Shown here one piece after another: positions 55,612-64,000 of a stretch of DNA of 64,000 bases (positions are counted from its first letter, which is position 1; each line of letters starts with the position of its first letter). The stretch is from an uncultured virus (IMG/VR IMGVR_UViG_3300032270_000355) (lineage: Duplodnaviria; Heunggongvirae; Uroviricota; Caudoviricetes): IMG/VR virus record IMGVR_UViG_3300032270_000355. One strand, 5' to 3'. The translations under genes were made by a program, and so were the position numbers. The notes beneath the pieces are model-generated. The model was not told the DNA's origin. It made no database searches and saw only the letters and a list, made by a program, of their open reading frames with translations.

Positions 55612-57441
55612 TTATGATCTACTTGAGGCGAATGTATAGTTATAACCACCACGTAAATCTCCAGAAGCAGTTTTATCCGCAATAGCTGTTATGTATAAGT
55701 GGTCAGTTGCAATTTCTGCAATCTGTGTTAATGCTGATACTACGTCATTGGATAGTGGACGAATTGAAATTTCTAAATCAACATCTGCTAGTGCAACAAT
55801 ATTTAGATTGCGTATATCAACATATCCTCTGGCATAATCAATAGTTCCTAGTTGATTGTCTACAATAATTTTAATACCATTATCACCATATCTCCAAAGA
55901 CGTACATAGGCAACACCATCATCATCAAGATAGTGAATTTGATCTGAACCAGAAATATAAAAACCAGTGCTACTAAAAGCATTTTCTGGAAGACCAGTGC
56001 TTAAAATAGGGTTAATCATATTAAGAATGTACTGCGCACGTACATTATATCTTGGAGTGAGTTGTCTACGAAGAAGAACAGTTGTAATATTATTTACAAT
56101 AGATGGATCTGTTTCATCTATAAGTTTACTCAATTTAGAGAATCTAAAAACACCATCGAAAGTTTGGAGATCTGTATTATTATATTCCATCACTGCTGTT
56201 CTAACTCGACTAGCAATATCATCTGATGTTTTTGTTGTTGTTTGTTCGTTATAGTAAACAGTTACATTTAAAGCAATATTAATATATTCTGGATCTACAA
56301 TTTCTGGTATAACTGAAACAACACCACGTTTGCCCAAAACTGTACTAATAATATTAGCCTTTTGGATTGATGTTAACTTACTAGCATTTCTAGGTTTAAC
56401 ACAAATATATGTTTTACCATATACTGGAGGATCATTATCCTCGCCACCCCAAACTGTTACTGATTGTGCTTCTGGAACCGCAGAATAAATTAATGCTTTG
56501 TAATCATCTGGAGTTACTGCACGATTTTGCGCTGCATATGATCTTGGCGCATTAAAACGAATACTTTCTGTGTCTTCACGATCAGCACCATTATTGGCAG
56601 GATCGTTTGTTGTAATAGCAACAGTAGCACCAGAAATTAAAGTTGATCCATTATATGTAAATGATCGTGCACCATTTGGTGCTTCTAAACTAGATACAAA
56701 ATAATCTAAGTGAACTACGTTACCAGCTTCTAGTGCTTTACCAAGATTATCATCCCCGAATGTTAGCTCATATAAACCATCATCAATTTCTTTCGTCCAA
56801 TATGCAAGAGTGCTATTATCAATATCTACAAGTTCTCCTGCTTTATACCATGTCTCATAGACGTTGGAAGAAGAATTTTCTTGTACTCTAACTTTTAATG
56901 TAGCAAGATCAATACCAAGGTTTGGTATAACATAACGTGTTCCAGCAGAAACATTATATTGATAAGAAAGAGGAGTACCTTCAATGATAGAAACATCAGC
57001 AAATGTGTATGAATTGGCTACTCTATTTACAGTTATAGTTCCCTGTGTATAGAAGGTATATGTCTTTCCATTTATACTACTTGTAAATGGGCTATATGAA
57101 GGTAACGATAAATTTCCAGGAGAAGAAGTTCCACCAGAAACTACTATATTGACTGTTGCTTGAGAACATGTTGCTGATCTTGGAGAATAACCAAGCATCT
57201 TAGAAATAGAAACTACACTGTTACGTTTTCTGGCAGAATCTAAAAACATCTCATTAATAGACATGTTATTGTACAAAGCATTATAATGCGTGTTGTATGC
57301 TAAAACATCTATTAAAACTGACATAGCAGAACCTTCAAAATCGTAATCTTGAAATTCTGTCTGTCCTTTTAAAAAATTCTTTAAGTTTCCTTTGATACCA
57401 TCAAAGTCTAACTCTGTTACGTTAATTCTTTTATTTGCCAT
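55612..57441 (-). CDS. gp6: Baseplate wedge protein gp6
   Basis: ELDFDGIK, DYDFEGS, LAYNTHYNA, FLDSA, FGDD, QNRAVTPDDY, WGGEDNDPPVYGK. Confidence 0.95.
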   Translation of the reverse strand: MANKRINVTELDFDGIKGNLKNFLKGQTEFQDYDFEGSAMSVLIDVLAYNTHYNALYNNMSINEMFLDSARKRNSVVSISKMLGYSPRSATCSQATVNIVVSGGTSSPGNLSLPSYSPFTSSINGKTYTFYTQGTITVNRVANSYTFADVSIIEGTPLSYQYNVSAGTRYVIPNLGIDLATLKVRVQENSSSNVYETWYKAGELVDIDNSTLAYWTKEIDDGLYELTFGDDNLGKALEAGNVVHLDYFVSSLEAPNGARSFTYNGSTLISGATVAITTNDPANNGADREDTESIRFNAPRSYAAQNRAVTPDDYKALIYSAVPEAQSVTVWGGEDNDPPVYGKTYICVKPRNASKLTSIQKANIISTVLGKRGVVSVIPEIVDPEYINIALNVTVYYNEQTTTKTSDDIASRVRTAVMEYNNTDLQTFDGVFRFSKLSKLIDETDPSIVNNITTVLLRRQLTPRYNVRAQYILNMINPILSTGLPENAFSSTGFYISGSDQIHYLDDDGVAYVRLWRYGDNGIKIIVDNQLGTIDYARGYVDIRNLNIVALADVDLEISIRPLSNDVVSALTQIAEIATDHLYITAIADKTASGDLRGGYNYTFASSRS

Positions 57442-57442
57442 T

Positions 57443-57835
57443 TTATCGTGTTCTCTCTAGCGTTAGGTCAAGAGTTAGTGGTCTTGTTGTATTAATAACT
57501 TGAAATTCTATAGAAACTCCAACTGAATAAGAATCTTCATCTACGCTAACTATTACATTAATTAGCTCTACTCTTGGCTCGAAGTTATTAATAGTATTAA
57601 TAATAGCCTGTTTTAGGGAAGCTGCAAGTAGAGGAGTTGCTGGCTCGAACAGTAAACGTCTAATAGGACTGCCAATTTCACTATGAAATGGTCGTTCAAA
57701 GTTGTTGGTTAGGATAAGATTTTTTAGCGCAGTCTTTATGGCATTGTCGCCGTATCGACGTGTCAAATCCTTAGTCACTGGGTGAGCCGTGAAATTGAAG
57801 TCTAGATCAGAGAAGATTCTTGTATTTCTTGCCAT
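57443..57835 (-). CDS. gp25: Baseplate wedge protein gp25
   Basis: FSDLD, AIKTALKNLILT, ERPFHSEIGS, LLFEP, FEPRV. Confidence 0.93.
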   Translation of the reverse strand: MARNTRIFSDLDFNFTAHPVTKDLTRRYGDNAIKTALKNLILTNNFERPFHSEIGSPIRRLLFEPATPLLAASLKQAIINTINNFEPRVELINVIVSVDEDSYSVGVSIEFQVINTTRPLTLDLTLERTR

Positions 57836-57840
57836 ATTCT

Positions 57841-57848
57841 TATTTAGG
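57841..57848 (-). promoter_or_regulatory. Late promoter box CCTAAATA upstream of gp25
   Basis: TAAATA box a few bases before the ATG. Confidence 0.55.
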
Positions 57849-58145
57849 TTACTCTACGTTCGTTTTTGCAGATCCATCTTTTACTTTATCACCACAAGAA
57901 ATTGAATCTCCAACTCTTGCTGCAGCCTTACCTTCAAAGAAAGTTTTAGATGCACCAGAATTTATATTTCTATCACTAATAGGATGTATACTACTTCCCA
58001 CCTGCTGTTGTGTAAATTTAGAACCAACTAGTCCTATAGCACCCTCTGCTACAAAACTTTTGGTACATACTTCAGTAGTCAATGCATTTGCAGGTAAACC
58101 ACAAGATGCATCTGACATGGCTCCCTTATACGTTACATTAGCCAT
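57849..58145 (-). CDS. PAAR-like spike tip protein (gp5.4-like)
   Basis: FFEGKAAARVGDSISCGD; directly follows gp5. Confidence 0.85.
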   Translation of the reverse strand: MANVTYKGAMSDASCGLPANALTTEVCTKSFVAEGAIGLVGSKFTQQQVGSSIHPISDRNINSGASKTFFEGKAAARVGDSISCGDKVKDGSAKTNVE

Positions 58146-61100
58146 TACGCTTTATTCTTTGGAGGTATTGGATTAATTAAGACGAATCCTTCAGGTATCC
58201 CTTTAGCATTTCGTTTATAAGTTGCGTCATTTACCATAGTGAATGCCATCTTACGGTTACCACCTGCTGGTGATCCTGGGGCTTTGTAGCTAGAATGAAT
58301 CCACACTGAAGTCGGATTTCGATATTCTAAAATCATCTGGTCATATGTTACTAGTGGTTCCATCTTCTGAACGAGTTCATATGTTTTATTATAAACATCT
58401 GAACCGAGCAAACAAACATCAAAACAGTGCCCCTTACAATGATCTGATGTTGGGCTCTCATAACTAACAACACCCTTTAATCTATAACCAGAAGAAATAG
58501 TCCATTGTTTCTTATATCCACTTATACCGTTTGGAAGAACAGCTAGATAATTTTCAAGTAGATTCTGAGCACTCATCGCTAAATTACAAACAATTTCTTG
58601 AACTGTATATAATCTTAATGGTGTATTAGCTGTTGGTTGAAGCATTTGATCAACAAGTTTATGTTTTCCATTAACACCACCATCCATTAACATACCCAAT
58701 GTAAAATTCTTAGATATCGTATAATCATTAGTGAAGTTCTTAGTAGTATAGATTATCTTACAATCAGCAGCAACTGGTTTAGATTGTGCTCCACCAGTTG
58801 GGGTTGGTGCTTCTTCTGTTGCAACAGGTGCTGGAGCATTAGGCTCACCCTTTTGTGTTTGTATTTGTGATTGCTTACGACCTTCTGGTGTATTAAAATC
58901 TTCTGGGGTTTCTACTGCAGCCTGTTGTTCGAGTTCTCTTTCTGGAGGAATTAAATAGGGAATAGTTGGATTTAAGGGCTGTCCTGCTGGTGGTGGTGTA
59001 CCTGCTACAGTAGAAGGTGCTGTTGCACTAACACCAAAATTACCTCGACTATAATTAACATTCATAACACCAGAAGAATTTATATCAACAGTTCCGCTCG
59101 ATCCAATTTTCATAGCACTATCAGCTAACTGATTAATATTTGCAGCTTGAACATTAAAATCACCAACTGCCTTGATATTAAAATCACCTCCAACTGCAAT
59201 ATCTACATCATTAGCAACTGCAAGTGACACATTATTTCCAACTCGAACATTTGCATTAGACGAGACTTCAATGTTTGCATCTGATCTGCAGAATATATTT
59301 GCATTTCCATCAGCAGTTAGATTGTATTCACCAGCCACATGTATAGAACCATTTCGTTCCATTAGTGTGAAATTATCACCAATGATATAATTTACCTGAG
59401 TTCCATTTGGATCAATCTCAGTAAATGTACCAGAGCGATGATACGTATGTATTCTCTCATGTCCAGGACTATCATCAAATTCTTGAATGTGACCAGACTC
59501 AGTTTCCATAACTTTATTGAAAGGATATTTTGAGCCAAAGCCATTATTTGGTTGATCCCATGATCCTTGATCTATTGCTTTCGGCACACCCTTTTTTATA
59601 TTAGAATCTTTTTTCTCTATAACAGTTCCAGTAATTATACCACGTGCCAAACGATTTGTGTCTGGCTCATTAATATATGATTTTAAAGGATACTTATTAT
59701 TTGGATCTCTAAATCCAGTATTATCTGAACCTCGTTTTTTAGATTCTGCAGATGGTCCAGGAGTTGGGGAAGATCCATCTTTTGGTGGCTCTGCTGCTTT
59801 TGTTCCTGCGTCTTTTTCTACTACACCACCTGCTACTTCTCCATAAAAATATTCATAATATTTTAATTTCTTTGCTGCAATATCTGGAGAGTTTACGCCA
59901 ACTGCTTTTTTCGCAGCATAAAAATATCCAGGATGATCTGTTGTTTTTGCAGAAGATGGCACTCTGTCTTTAATATACAGAGCAGCAACTAAAGCAGATG
60001 TATTAATATCAGTATCAAGTGAGTCAGGATTATTGATAAGGTCTAAATTTAGACCCATCTTGTTTGACATGTCCTGATACTTTTTATAGTTTGCTTTACC
60101 AGTTAACTGAATAAATCCACGCCCAAAATACTTACCACCATCTTCATCTGTTTGGTTACCAAGAAAGTTTTTACCACGTGTAGTTGGTCCATAAACCCAA
60201 GAGAAAAATTGTGCTCTAGTCATTCCCTTTTTTGATGCTTGTGAATATTGTTCAGCAGTAGCATCAGTCGCAAAAGAAAATATCTGTTTCAGACGATCTT
60301 TACTGTAATTATAACTTTCTAATTGTGGGATCCAACCAGACTCACCACCAGCAATACCAAGCAGAGCACACTTCTGTTCTCTGGTAGTTAATCCAACTTT
60401 ATCACATGCAGCAATAAGTGCTTTGATGCCTTCCTCCGCTTTAGCAGGATTTAGAGATGCACCTTTTGGTGGTTTTGTAGGTATTGCAAGATTAGTTTTC
60501 GTTGGTTGAACTGGAGATTCTCCAACGGTAATTGGTGTTCCATCTCCAGAAGTAACTGGTTTTCCTGAACCATCTGTCAAATAATTTTGTGCTTTACTTG
60601 CATTAACTTCTGCAAGATTAGTGGGTGCATCTTTAAATGTTATGATATTTTCACCATAACCTGCAACTACATTATTAATAGTTATCTGAGTGCCACTATC
60701 TACACTAACAATAAATGTATCTTCAGGTAACTGAAAGCCAATAACTTTCATATTGGCTTTTAGATCTTTAGTTAAATCAGTTCTTCCTGTTGCTTTGTCT
60801 ATGAATGTTAATTTCTTTCCATTAACTGGACCAACAATAGTTCTCAACTCTATCTTAGAAACTTCTGTGCTATCTTCTATAGCACTAGAGTTATCATCAT
60901 CATCAATAGCAGTTGGTGCTTGTGGTATACCACCAATAGTACCAAGTATAATTGGTTGTTGTTGATCTTCATCAGCAAACATAATAATAACAGTAGTACC
61001 TTCAACTGGACCAACTGGAGTATAGCCAATACCATTCATTGCAGCAGAACCAATTTGTTGTACTGGAAGTGCCCATGGTAATTCGTTAGTCGGTAATTGA

Positions 61101-61195
61101 GTTTTATCGTGGGTGTGTAATCCCACAATACGAACCTGACAACGACCAAGTTGAAGTGGATCTGATCTGTTTTCTACAATACCTGAATAAAACAT
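58145..61195 (-). CDS. gp5: Baseplate central spike gp5: OB-fold, GH19-like lysozyme, beta-helix and C-terminal peptidase M15-like domain
   Basis: DPLQLGRCQVRIVGLH; GESG...GGKYFGRGFIQLTGKANY; YPFNKVMETESGHIQEFDDSPGHERI; SSGYR...SDHCKGHCFD...WIHSS. Confidence 0.9.
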   Translation of the reverse strand: MFYSGIVENRSDPLQLGRCQVRIVGLHTHDKTQLPTNELPWALPVQQIGSAAMNGIGYTPVGPVEGTTVIIMFADEDQQQPIILGTIGGIPQAPTAIDDDDNSSAIEDSTEVSKIELRTIVGPVNGKKLTFIDKATGRTDLTKDLKANMKVIGFQLPEDTFIVSVDSGTQITINNVVAGYGENIITFKDAPTNLAEVNASKAQNYLTDGSGKPVTSGDGTPITVGESPVQPTKTNLAIPTKPPKGASLNPAKAEEGIKALIAACDKVGLTTREQKCALLGIAGGESGWIPQLESYNYSKDRLKQIFSFATDATAEQYSQASKKGMTRAQFFSWVYGPTTRGKNFLGNQTDEDGGKYFGRGFIQLTGKANYKKYQDMSNKMGLNLDLINNPDSLDTDINTSALVAALYIKDRVPSSAKTTDHPGYFYAAKKAVGVNSPDIAAKKLKYYEYFYGEVAGGVVEKDAGTKAAEPPKDGSSPTPGPSAESKKRGSDNTGFRDPNNKYPLKSYINEPDTNRLARGIITGTVIEKKDSNIKKGVPKAIDQGSWDQPNNGFGSKYPFNKVMETESGHIQEFDDSPGHERIHTYHRSGTFTEIDPNGTQVNYIIGDNFTLMERNGSIHVAGEYNLTADGNANIFCRSDANIEVSSNANVRVGNNVSLAVANDVDIAVGGDFNIKAVGDFNVQAANINQLADSAMKIGSSGTVDINSSGVMNVNYSRGNFGVSATAPSTVAGTPPPAGQPLNPTIPYLIPPERELEQQAAVETPEDFNTPEGRKQSQIQTQKGEPNAPAPVATEEAPTPTGGAQSKPVAADCKIIYTTKNFTNDYTISKNFTLGMLMDGGVNGKHKLVDQMLQPTANTPLRLYTVQEIVCNLAMSAQNLLENYLAVLPNGISGYKKQWTISSGYRLKGVVSYESPTSDHCKGHCFDVCLLGSDVYNKTYELVQKMEPLVTYDQMILEYRNPTSVWIHSSYKAPGSPAGGNRKMAFTMVNDATYKRNAKGIPEGFVLINPIPPKNKA

Positions 61196-62472
61196 TATTT
61201 TTTCGCCTTATCTACACTCATTAACAAACTATCTTTAATCAATTCCATATGACACTCATGCATTTCTTTATCTACATTATGATTGATAGCAGAAATTATA
61301 TAAAAACCTGAAAACATTTTATCTTCGATATCTCTATCACTGCTTCTTAATGGTTCTACTTTATTCAATCTAACTTCTACTTTTTGCCCAACTGTATAAT
61401 CTAATCGTCCAGGAACAGAAATGTGAATCTTGTTCGCCTCTGCTGCTTTCAATAAAGAAATTCTTTGTTGAATTGATTTAAAATAACTAAGATCACCACC
61501 ACCACTAAACCCATCAGTGTATCTTGGGATAATCATCATGGAAGAATTTGTTCTAAAAATAGAATTTAAAGAAGCCACGTTATATTTGTTGAGATGTTTA
61601 GATGTATCAAATTTGTCAAAAATATTATATGTCTTAACTCTATAAGACTTTTTAGTTAGATCATATGAAGTTGCTTTAGAAGCAAACATACCACTTCTTA
61701 TTCTATCAATATAATCAAACCCTATTGGTATACTTATTAGGTTTATTCGTTTAAAATCTTCAGTTACATTTCTAGCATCTTCTCCATTAGGCTTTTTATC
61801 ACGTGTATATCTGTCATAGGTAAACTTCTGCACTGATTGAGATTCATACATAGATTCTAAACTCGTGAAATAAAATCCATCTCTATTTTCGAAGAATAAA
61901 AAACTTGGAGAGTTATTGTTATTTTCTGCAAACTGTGCAGCATAATTAATGGACTTAATAGGAGACCAAAAATTAGATATAAATTTAACTGAACGAGATG
62001 ATTCTTCTGATATAAATCTTTTAGTAGATTGAAGACCATCAGTTTTATTTGTTAATATATCTGCAATAACATCATTAACTTTACCAGTATAAACTCTACT
62101 GATCTTTTTATTTAAATCAACAATGGCTTCCATTGATATAAAATGTAACTGATATGTAACAGACTTATCTCCAAGCAATTCTCTATCAGTTAATTTGTAA
62201 ATATAAAATGTACCTTTAATATTACCCTTGGATAAGGTTGGGGTACTGATATCAATTTCTACTTGTTCCTCACCAGTGAATGGTAATAAATTAACATAAT
62301 CTAATGATTCTTTAAGTACAAGAGAGCCTGTGATAAATGGAGAAAATAAGTCTTCGAATATTTGGATGTTAATAACCTGCGCAGTGATATTCTGAGAGTT
62401 ACCAGATCTGGTAACAATCTTAATAGAATTTACGCTTACATCACCAGCGAATCTTATTGTTTTTGCTGTCAT
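61195..62472 (-). CDS. Baseplate hub protein (gp27-like)
   Basis: IFEDLFSPFITG, FLFFENRDGFYF, VPGRLDYTVGQ, FSGFYIISAINH; precedes gp5. Confidence 0.75.
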   Translation of the reverse strand: MTAKTIRFAGDVSVNSIKIVTRSGNSQNITAQVINIQIFEDLFSPFITGSLVLKESLDYVNLLPFTGEEQVEIDISTPTLSKGNIKGTFYIYKLTDRELLGDKSVTYQLHFISMEAIVDLNKKISRVYTGKVNDVIADILTNKTDGLQSTKRFISEESSRSVKFISNFWSPIKSINYAAQFAENNNNSPSFLFFENRDGFYFTSLESMYESQSVQKFTYDRYTRDKKPNGEDARNVTEDFKRINLISIPIGFDYIDRIRSGMFASKATSYDLTKKSYRVKTYNIFDKFDTSKHLNKYNVASLNSIFRTNSSMMIIPRYTDGFSGGGDLSYFKSIQQRISLLKAAEANKIHISVPGRLDYTVGQKVEVRLNKVEPLRSSDRDIEDKMFSGFYIISAINHNVDKEMHECHMELIKDSLLMSVDKAKK

Positions 62473-63222
62473 TTAAATCAAATCTTTGTAATTCGCCAGA
62501 ATAGTGCTAATTAAAGAAGGAGAAATTATTTTTATTCTTCTCTTTCTTTCATTTATTCTTTCTTCATATTCTCTATTAGATACTGAAACACCACCCATAA
62601 CTACATGACCATTAGCATCTTCATAATGACGAATACTATCTGCAGTGGCTCCATATTTTGAATCTACATATTCTTGAAGAGCACCATACGTCAGTGGCCA
62701 GTCAGCCAAATAATCATAACGATTATTTGCTAACATTATAATCCAATGATATTCTGGGCTACCATATATTTTCTCAGCAAGAATTTCTGGAGTATCTCCA
62801 TCTTTAATATCATATGAGTCATATGTAGTTACATTGGATAGAATTTCTTTTCTAAAACGAATATTTGTAGTAATATCCGTCATAGCAATAAGTTTATGAA
62901 ATTTTCTAGTGATACCATATGGATTAGAAATTGTTACATCTGGTATAGTTGTATATCCAGTTCCTGGATTCGTCACAACTATAGATGATATCTGCCCACC
63001 AATAACTACTACTCTACCAGTTGCAGTTACACCAGATTCACCATTATCGGGTGGTCCAAATATACAAGTTGCTGAATTATATCCAGAACCCACATTCGTT
63101 ACAGTAACTGCATTAACACCACCACCAGATAAATCACAGATTGCATATGCCTGAGTGCCAGTGCCAGTCTTTGCTTCTATGTCAAAATCATATAATATTT
63201 TTTGAAAATTTTCGAAGTACAT
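62473..63222 (-). CDS. gp53: Baseplate wedge protein gp53 with inserted module
   Basis: MYFENF, YDIKDGDTPEILAEKIYGSPEYHWIIMLAN, WPL, YEERINERKRRIKI. Confidence 0.88.
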   Translation of the reverse strand: MYFENFQKILYDFDIEAKTGTGTQAYAICDLSGGGVNAVTVTNVGSGYNSATCIFGPPDNGESGVTATGRVVVIGGQISSIVVTNPGTGYTTIPDVTISNPYGITRKFHKLIAMTDITTNIRFRKEILSNVTTYDSYDIKDGDTPEILAEKIYGSPEYHWIIMLANNRYDYLADWPLTYGALQEYVDSKYGATADSIRHYEDANGHVVMGGVSVSNREYEERINERKRRIKIISPSLISTILANYKDLI

Positions 63223-64000
63223 TATAGACCTGCCTTAATCTTATCTTTTGTCAACAGAGCCAATTCTCTAAATGCTAAAGTAACATTAATTTGAGTGGGC
63301 ATACCATCAGCAAATGTAGTAAATTGTCCATTTGGAGTATAATCAATATCTAAATCAGTAAGAACGCATGATGTGTGACGATGTAAATTTAAATTCTCTT
63401 CTCCACCTTGATAGTAAAAAATATCAAATTCAGAAGGATAAAGATAAACGAAATTATTATCATCTTTAAATTCTGGATGCATATGAAACTTAAATTCTTC
63501 AATGATTCTAAGTACATTTTGTGCTTCGCTATAATCTCTTGGAAAGAATTGATATTCAAAAGAGAACGATCTAAAGTCTACACCCTTAAATACTTGTTCT
63601 TTCTTAGGGTTTGCTGCCATACCAAGCATCTGTGAATTTGCTTCGGCATTTGGTCCTTTTGATAATGCTAGGTTTGTGATAACTGCCTGAGCCACACCAG
63701 TAACATTACTTTCTTTACTAGATTTTCCAAGCGCATTCATAATAGCATCAGCAGTTTCTCCACCAAGTGCTTTTACCATACCAAGCCCAGCAGTATCAGT
63801 AGAGTCGTATGTAACTCCATACTTTATGCCTAACTTATTTGGTATATGTAAAGCAATAGCAGTCTTTAATCTTTTCTGAGATCTTAACTGATCAGTAGTC
63901 ATTGTAGATGCTACTGCAATACCAACAGTTCCAATATTTGCTACAGCTGCACCTTTAGCTGCATTACCAACCCCCTCAGCAACACTTTTAGCTGGACCGA
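63222..64000 (-). CDS. gp48: Baseplate tail-tube cap (gp48-like), 5' end outside the window
   Basis: NPKKEQVFKGVDFRSFSFEYQFFP, YLYPSEFDI, CVLTDLDIDYTPNG, LAFRELALLTK; the frame stays open to the window edge. Confidence 0.85.
   Translation of the reverse strand, partial: GPAKSVAEGVGNAAKGAAVANIGTVGIAVASTMTTDQLRSQKRLKTAIALHIPNKLGIKYGVTYDSTDTAGLGMVKALGGETADAIMNALGKSSKESNVTGVAQAVITNLALSKGPNAEANSQMLGMAANPKKEQVFKGVDFRSFSFEYQFFPRDYSEAQNVLRIIEEFKFHMHPEFKDDNNFVYLYPSEFDIFYYQGGEENLNLHRHTSCVLTDLDIDYTPNGQFTTFADGMPTQINVTLAFRELALLTKDKIKAGL

Noticed and set aside
768..63635. Numerous plus-strand ORFs in the track (e.g. 2322-3341, 27412-27900, 34181-34615)
   Set aside because: They are antisense shadows of well-supported minus-strand genes, with no recognisable motifs
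1..64000. tRNA/rRNA genes, introns, homing endonucleases, alternative genetic code
   Set aside because: Intergenic gaps are short and showed no cloverleaf by eye; core genes are uninterrupted; TAA, TAG and TGA all act as stops at expected gene ends

Overview
This window is 64 kb of a T4-like (Tevenvirinae/Kyanoviridae-type) myovirus genome, with essentially all genes on the minus strand. In the direction of transcription (right to left) it contains: the baseplate/tail module (gp48, gp53, hub, gp5, PAAR, gp25, gp6, gp7-like, gp8, a 2172-aa DUF4815/VrlC-like protein); an accessory block; an array of fibre-like genes; neck, terminase, tail and head genes (gp13, 14, 15, 17, 18, 19, 20, 67/68-like, 21, 22, 23, 3); uvsY, uvsW and gp55; an AAA ATPase; gp47/gp46; a VWA + CobS-like AAA pair; small early genes; the gp45 clamp; and the start of a flavin-dependent halogenase. 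Sigma70-type promoters (TTGTCT/TTGATT-N17-TATAAT-like) precede the non-structural genes, and gp55-type NNTAAATA boxes precede the structural genes. The most unusual region is 37.4-43.4 kb, inside the late structural region. There a tail-fibre-like protein carries all 16 of its His and all 6 of its Cys in its last 103 residues; every Cys follows an Asn and the protein ends [11 protein letters not shown]. It is followed by an unknown protein, a radical SAM/SPASM enzyme, a small unknown protein, a TRAP DctP-type binding protein with no signal peptide, and a glutaminase-less asparagine-synthetase/lasso-cyclase-like PP-loop enzyme. I infer that this may be a phage-encoded, RiPP-like machinery for post-translationally modifying a virion fibre tip. 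All family assignments come from motif recognition by eye; no database searches were run.
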